Below, in pieces: positions 59,972 through 64,000 of a DNA stretch of 64,000 bases; position 1 is the stretch's first letter, and every line of letters begins with the position of its first letter. Below the pieces are notes generated by a model. That model ran no database searches. It saw only the letters and a list, made by a program, of their open reading frames with translations, and was not told the DNA's origin. The stretch lies in sequence record MW749003.1. One strand, given 5' to 3'. The position numbers and the translations under genes are program-made.

Positions 59972-61121
59972 TTAAAATTGAATTAAAAGGAAATTATCAA
60001 TTTCTTTTTTAATTTCATCTTCAATAAATAAAACAGCTTTACCGTCTTCAGTATTAAAACTAACTGTTTTACCATCTTCACCTAATTTGGCAGTTCTTTC
60101 ATCTAAACCAAGATGATCAACTGTTGTTTTAATATTTTGACTCTCTTCCTTAATGTAATTAAGGATTTCATCTTGAGCCACTGACACCATTAGACCTTCA
60201 TTAAGAATTCTCTTATTCATAGGATGAATAGCATCTTCTTTAATAATATTTGTCTGATAAGCATTAGAATGAGAAGGGAAGATTACCCAATCCCAAGTAA
60301 CAATGTGAAGAGGTTTTTCAACTCGTGTTAGTCCATTCACTTTACGAGTAACACCACCAAGACCTCTCATTGAAAATGCTACTTCAGTACCTTGTCTAAT
60401 TAAACCTTCCATATCTTTACCAACAGCAGTGTTAGTAGTTGCTACCACACCTTTTAGTAATTTTTGTTCCCACCATAATTTCTCAATAACATGAGACATT
60501 CTAGTTTGATCAATGTATGTCTGTCTTTCCATTTTATCCGAAAGAGGGTGCAAATATCTTCATATGGATTCGCTACTTCCATACCGTTCTCTTATGAACT
60601 GCTCTAAGTTTCCCTAGAGTTGAGACTATATCAAGTTCTTCAGCATTACTGTTAAGAACCTCTCTATTTCCACTATGCTTATAGTGTACTCCCATTTGGG
60701 ATAGTCGTTGAACTCCATTGGTAAATATTTGTACATATATTTTACCAATAAAGCTGCTGATTGTCCAATCTTATTAGTTCTTATAACCTTCACGCTCACT
60801 GTTACCAGTCACGTTGTGGTCTAATAAGCTCTAAGGAGTTTCCAGCAATTAAGAGAGTTTAGACATAGTATTTCTACTATGAATGGCAACCCTACCAGCC
60901 TCTCCGAACAATGATTTACGTCTTAACTTTTCTTGAATTTGAGGAGAACGAATAGCACCATCTAATGCTTCAAATGCATATTCCCTTCTATTTCTATTAC
61001 CAGCTTCTGCCTCTTGAAGAATAGCTTCAATTACAACATTATCTTTATTATGCTCAATAATATTAGGTTTAACTGGTTCTGATGTAGATTCAATAATTAG
61101 AAAACCACAATTTTGATCCAT
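59972..61121 (-). CDS. Prohead protease (T4 gp21-like); exons 61121-60894 and 60550-59972 (268 aa)
   Basis: AGNRNRREY; spliced LFGEAG|HP (catalytic His); AFSMRG (Ser); WDWVIFPS (Asp). Confidence 0.9.
60551..60893 (-). mobile_element. Group I intron (family B, ORF-less) in prohead protease gene
   Basis: GGT|...G| boundaries; P1 TGGT/GCCA; AATTGCTGG, AATCAGCAG, GTTCAACGACTA, TTGATATAGTC on minus strand. Confidence 0.9.
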
Positions 61122-61158
61122 TATTTAGCCGCCTTTCTAATAACTTAATTAAATTTAT

Positions 61159-61193
61159 TAATTATATGTTTTCTAATAAAAAACATATAATTA
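61159..61193. promoter_or_regulatory. Palindromic pair of divergent late promoters
   Basis: AACA-TATAAT-TA on both strands (61159-61170 minus; 61182-61193 plus). Confidence 0.7.
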
Positions 61194-61229
61194 AGTTAAA
61201 TCATAATATTTAAAAGGAGGTACATCAAA

Positions 61230-61688
61230 ATGTTATCCAAATATGAGTCATTGTTATTAATTGAACATGAAGAATTTGATTCATATAGAGAAGAATATTT
61301 TTTATTAAAAGAAGGTTTAGCAACTGATGTTGATAAAACTACTAAAGGTATATTTAATATAATTAAAAAACTCCATTCCTCTAGTGATGATAGATTAATT
61401 GAAAATATGCCAGATTTTTCTAGACTATTAACACGTTGTATCATTATTGGAAGTATTGCCGTTATCAGTCCTGTTATCGGTCTTATTACTTTATATACTA
61501 GTTCAGCCATTAGAAGACGTAATGATGCTAATAGAAGAGAAAAATTAATTCATCTTTATTCAAGTAAATTAGAATATATTGAAGATCGATTAACTAGAGA
61601 ATCAGATGAAAAGAAAAGACAAAATATGATTAAAATGAAAAATAAATTAAAGAGTGACTTAGATAAACTAAAAGTCATTAAAGATTAA
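61230..61688 (+). CDS. Putative virion/head-associated protein
   Basis: Late promoter; LKE|G motif; hydrophobic segment then coiled coil. Confidence 0.55.
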   Translation: MLSKYESLLLIEHEEFDSYREEYFLLKEGLATDVDKTTKGIFNIIKKLHSSSDDRLIENMPDFSRLLTRCIIIGSIAVISPVIGLITLYTSSAIRRRNDANRREKLIHLYSSKLEYIEDRLTRESDEKKRQNMIKMKNKLKSDLDKLKVIKD

Positions 61689-61707
61689 ATGAAGGGAGTG
61701 TATATAT

Positions 61708-62346
61708 GTGACAGATTTTGATACCCTTCTAATTGATTTTAATAAAAAATTAATGGAAGATATAAAACATAATAATAATTTTTTCCTTAAAGAAGATGAA
61801 GACGATGATGTAGGTATGGATAGTCTTGAAGACTTATCTGTTGGACATTCTAATGATCCTGCTCATCCAGAAGATGAAACAGATAGTAAATCTGATGAAA
61901 CTACTGATGATAATCCACCAGAATCTTTGGATGGAGGAGATGATAGTTCAAATCCTTCAGATGGAGATACTGATGGTTCAGACGATCAGGGGGATGATGG
62001 CTCAGGAGGTTTGGATAGTGAGCAAGATACCAGTCCTACTGACAATGATAAGAAATTACAATTGTATAAGTCATACAAGTCAATCTACACATCTATCGAT
62101 ACCTTTTTAGATAAAGTTTCATCTTATAAGGAATATTTAGATACAGAAGAAAATAAAAGTAAGAATTATGAACTTGTTGAATATATCGAAGATAAATTAT
62201 ATAATCTAAAAGATAGTACCAAAATTATGTTAACTGACAAAATTAAGACAATGGATTATGAAAAAGTAAAAACTGTTTTCGTATATACAAAAAGTGAAAT
62301 TAACTTACTGGTCAACCTATTTAACAAATTTTCTTCTTCCAAGTAA
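61708..62346 (+). CDS. Acidic putative head/scaffold-associated protein (GTG start)
   Basis: FLKE followed by about 80 aa of D/E/S/G-rich low complexity; immediately upstream of capsid gene. Confidence 0.55.
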   Translation: MTDFDTLLIDFNKKLMEDIKHNNNFFLKEDEDDDVGMDSLEDLSVGHSNDPAHPEDETDSKSDETTDDNPPESLDGGDDSSNPSDGDTDGSDDQGDDGSGGLDSEQDTSPTDNDKKLQLYKSYKSIYTSIDTFLDKVSSYKEYLDTEENKSKNYELVEYIEDKLYNLKDSTKIMLTDKIKTMDYEKVKTVFVYTKSEINLLVNLFNKFSSSK

Positions 62347-62348
62347 TA

Positions 62349-62421
62349 AACAATTTAATAGTAAAAAAATTATAAATCAATTTATTAGATTTTATATTAG
62401 AGAGATCTAAACAAAAAATTA
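62349..62421 (+). promoter_or_regulatory. Two tandem late promoters for the capsid gene
   Basis: AACA-ATTTAA-TA (62349-62360) and AACA-AAAAAT-TA (62410-62421). Confidence 0.7.
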
Positions 62422-62457
62422 TTAAAATCTAATAATTAAGAAAAGGAGTAATGATCA

Positions 62458-64000
62458 ATGTCCGTAGAATATCGTACTAATCATTCAACTGGAACAACTG
62501 ATGAATTCAGTCAAACATTAAAAGAAAGTCATCAATATTTCTTACAAACTCAACAAGTAAACATCCTTGGAGAAGGCTTCAGTGATGTTCTTTCTGAAGC
62601 ATCCACTTTTAGTGCTTATGTAGATAAATTAGTAGAAGGCTTAGATGCAACTGAAGAAGCAGATATGCGTCAATTACTTGCGAACAACCGTCAAGCAATC
62701 CTTCAAGAGTCCGTAGTTGCAGGTATCCCTCCAATTGCGTCTCTATCTATGCCAACTATTCGTAAAATGTGGGCTAAGATTGCATTGAAATATGCTATTC
62801 CTACTGAACCTGTTAAAACACCTGCTTTCTCTGTATCATTCTCTAAACCTTATATCATTGATTCAGTATCAGGTGAAAAACATTATCTTCCAGAATCTCT
62901 TCGTTCTTTAGATAATGGACTTGCTGAAAAAACAAAACTTTCTTCTCAAGCTTATGAGCTACCTTTGGATAACAAAGATCTTCTTGCTGATGTAGGTGCT
63001 TCTGCACAAGCTGGAGATGCAATTGATCGCCGTTTCCATATTGTTGAAGTTGAAGTTTCTGCGGCAAGTGCGACTGGAACAGCTGAGACTGCTGAAACAG
63101 TTAAAGTAAAAGTTAACTCTAAAATTGATATTAATAACAAACTATATGCTGAAGTTAAAGCTAAACACTCTGATGGTACTGTAACTTCTGACGTACTTAT
63201 GGGTGCTGTTGATCCAGAAAAAGGTACTGTTAGCTTAGTATCTCTTCGTCAAGCAGTTAAAAAAGTTGTATTCCTTGGTTATGTATCTTCTGAGGCTCAT
63301 AACAGAGCAACTAACGTATCTTTCGATATTGAACGTAGAGATATCACTATCGGAACTGGCGAACACTTAGAGGCTTCTCTACCACTTGAAATGCTAACTG
63401 ATACTATGGCACTTTATCAAATTGATGGTGCTAATGAAGTGGTAGACACAATGTCTAACGTTACAGCCCAAAAAGTTGACCAAGAAATTTATAACTTTAT
63501 TGATGCGGCTTTCCAATCTAACCCTACTTATATGGGTAAATTTAACGTTCATCCTGCACCTCAGTTTGCTGGAAATCCTAGAGACTGGTTGGATGGTATC
63601 AAACGAGTAATTGATTACTTTGCTCAAAAAATTAAATCTGAAACTTACTACTACCAAGGTTACTTTGTAATTGTTGGGAACCCACTTGATACTGCTTTGA
63701 TTCCAAATGTTACTTGGACATTTAACCGAGTATCAGATGCTCAAAATGGTATTGAAGTAGATTACAGTATTGGAGCTGTTTCTGGTGCAAGCCGTTACAC
63801 AATTGTTTCTTCTGACTTGATTCCTCAAGGAGAATTGACAATGTTCATGGTTCCACTTACTAATAAATTTATGACGTTCAAGTACTATCCGTACACTTTC
63901 AATGTTGTACACAACTACCTGAACACTCGTAATCCTAATATTCCATCCATTATGATGACTAAACGTCATACCCTTGAAGAGTTCCTTCCAATGGTATGCA
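62458..64000 (+). CDS. Major capsid protein precursor (partial; runs off window, absent from ORF track)
   Basis: Open for 514 codons from ATG 62458 (SD AAGGAG): MSVEYRT...ILQE|SVVAGIPPIASLSMPTIRKMWAKIALKYAIPTEPV...; strong high-expression codon bias; adjacent to protease. Confidence 0.85.
   Translation, partial: MSVEYRTNHSTGTTDEFSQTLKESHQYFLQTQQVNILGEGFSDVLSEASTFSAYVDKLVEGLDATEEADMRQLLANNRQAILQESVVAGIPPIASLSMPTIRKMWAKIALKYAIPTEPVKTPAFSVSFSKPYIIDSVSGEKHYLPESLRSLDNGLAEKTKLSSQAYELPLDNKDLLADVGASAQAGDAIDRRFHIVEVEVSAASATGTAETAETVKVKVNSKIDINNKLYAEVKAKHSDGTVTSDVLMGAVDPEKGTVSLVSLRQAVKKVVFLGYVSSEAHNRATNVSFDIERRDITIGTGEHLEASLPLEMLTDTMALYQIDGANEVVDTMSNVTAQKVDQEIYNFIDAAFQSNPTYMGKFNVHPAPQFAGNPRDWLDGIKRVIDYFAQKIKSETYYYQGYFVIVGNPLDTALIPNVTWTFNRVSDAQNGIEVDYSIGAVSGASRYTIVSSDLIPQGELTMFMVPLTNKFMTFKYYPYTFNVVHNYLNTRNPNIPSIMMTKRHTLEEFLPMVC

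Larger units (their letters stand above)
1..64000. other. Segment of an AR9/PBS1-like (uracil-DNA) Bacillus jumbo phage genome
   Basis: Ugi, split multisubunit RNAP beta genes, T4-like protease and capsid, phage gyrase, RecA and ligase, Firmicute-type SD (AAGGAGG), very AT-rich; no rRNA or host housekeeping operons. Confidence 0.93.

Noticed and set aside
1768-63969. Antisense or nested ORFs in the track (for example 1768-2148, 8113-8328, 8902-9177, 10561-10773, 17106-17288, 18214-18423, 20793-20996, 24161-24388, 24643-24843, 26929-27135, 29911-30193, 31252-31542, 32763-32960, 35594-36241, 37631-37897, 45342-45554, 46574-47053, 53257-53484, 54490-54780, 61196-61510, 61826-62110, 62855-63969)
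   Set aside because: They overlap well-supported genes in another frame or strand, lack an SD, and show the Leu/Ser/Phe/Ile-rich composition of shadow ORFs
1-64000. tRNA, rRNA, CRISPR array, integrase, phage-nucleus shell or tubulin genes
   Set aside because: No cloverleaf, repeat-spacer array or diagnostic motifs were seen by eye; tRNAscan and HMM searches were not run, so small RNAs could be missed

Overview
AT-rich segment of a Bacillus-type jumbo phage of the AR9/PBS1 group. The assignment rests on an unmistakable uracil-DNA glycosylase inhibitor (Ugi, 55027-55281; six substitutions versus the PBS2 protein as I recall it, so probably a dU-for-dT genome), split phage RNA polymerase beta subunits (43644-46991 and 55534-57024 non-virion; 32305-35614 virion-type), gyrase A, NAD-dependent ligase, RecA/UvsX, PIN-PhoH, HU, a T4-like prohead protease, a neck-like protein and the 5' part of the major capsid gene (62458 to end). 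The ORF track fragments five essential genes because seven group I introns interrupt them. I resolved all 14 junctions at U|...G| boundaries that restore conserved motifs in frame. The introns form two families. Two carry intact EDxHD/Vsr-like homing endonucleases and one carries a remnant. Two promoter classes can be read from the sequence: early ATATATTAT-N6-G (four copies add CGTATYAAA exactly 23 nt upstream) and late AACA-N6-TA/TG. The most unusual elements are an HD-domain/virion-RNAP fusion joined by a protease-site linker, twin gyrA introns with a non-canonical P7, Rok-like and YneA-like host-regulator mimics, a catalytically eroded acidic homing-endonuclease derivative, an HhH-GPD glycosylase-like gene in a dU phage, and an 8.5-kb paralog-rich late structural module (candidate curly fibre). 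Family assignments come from motif recognition and memory; no database search was run.
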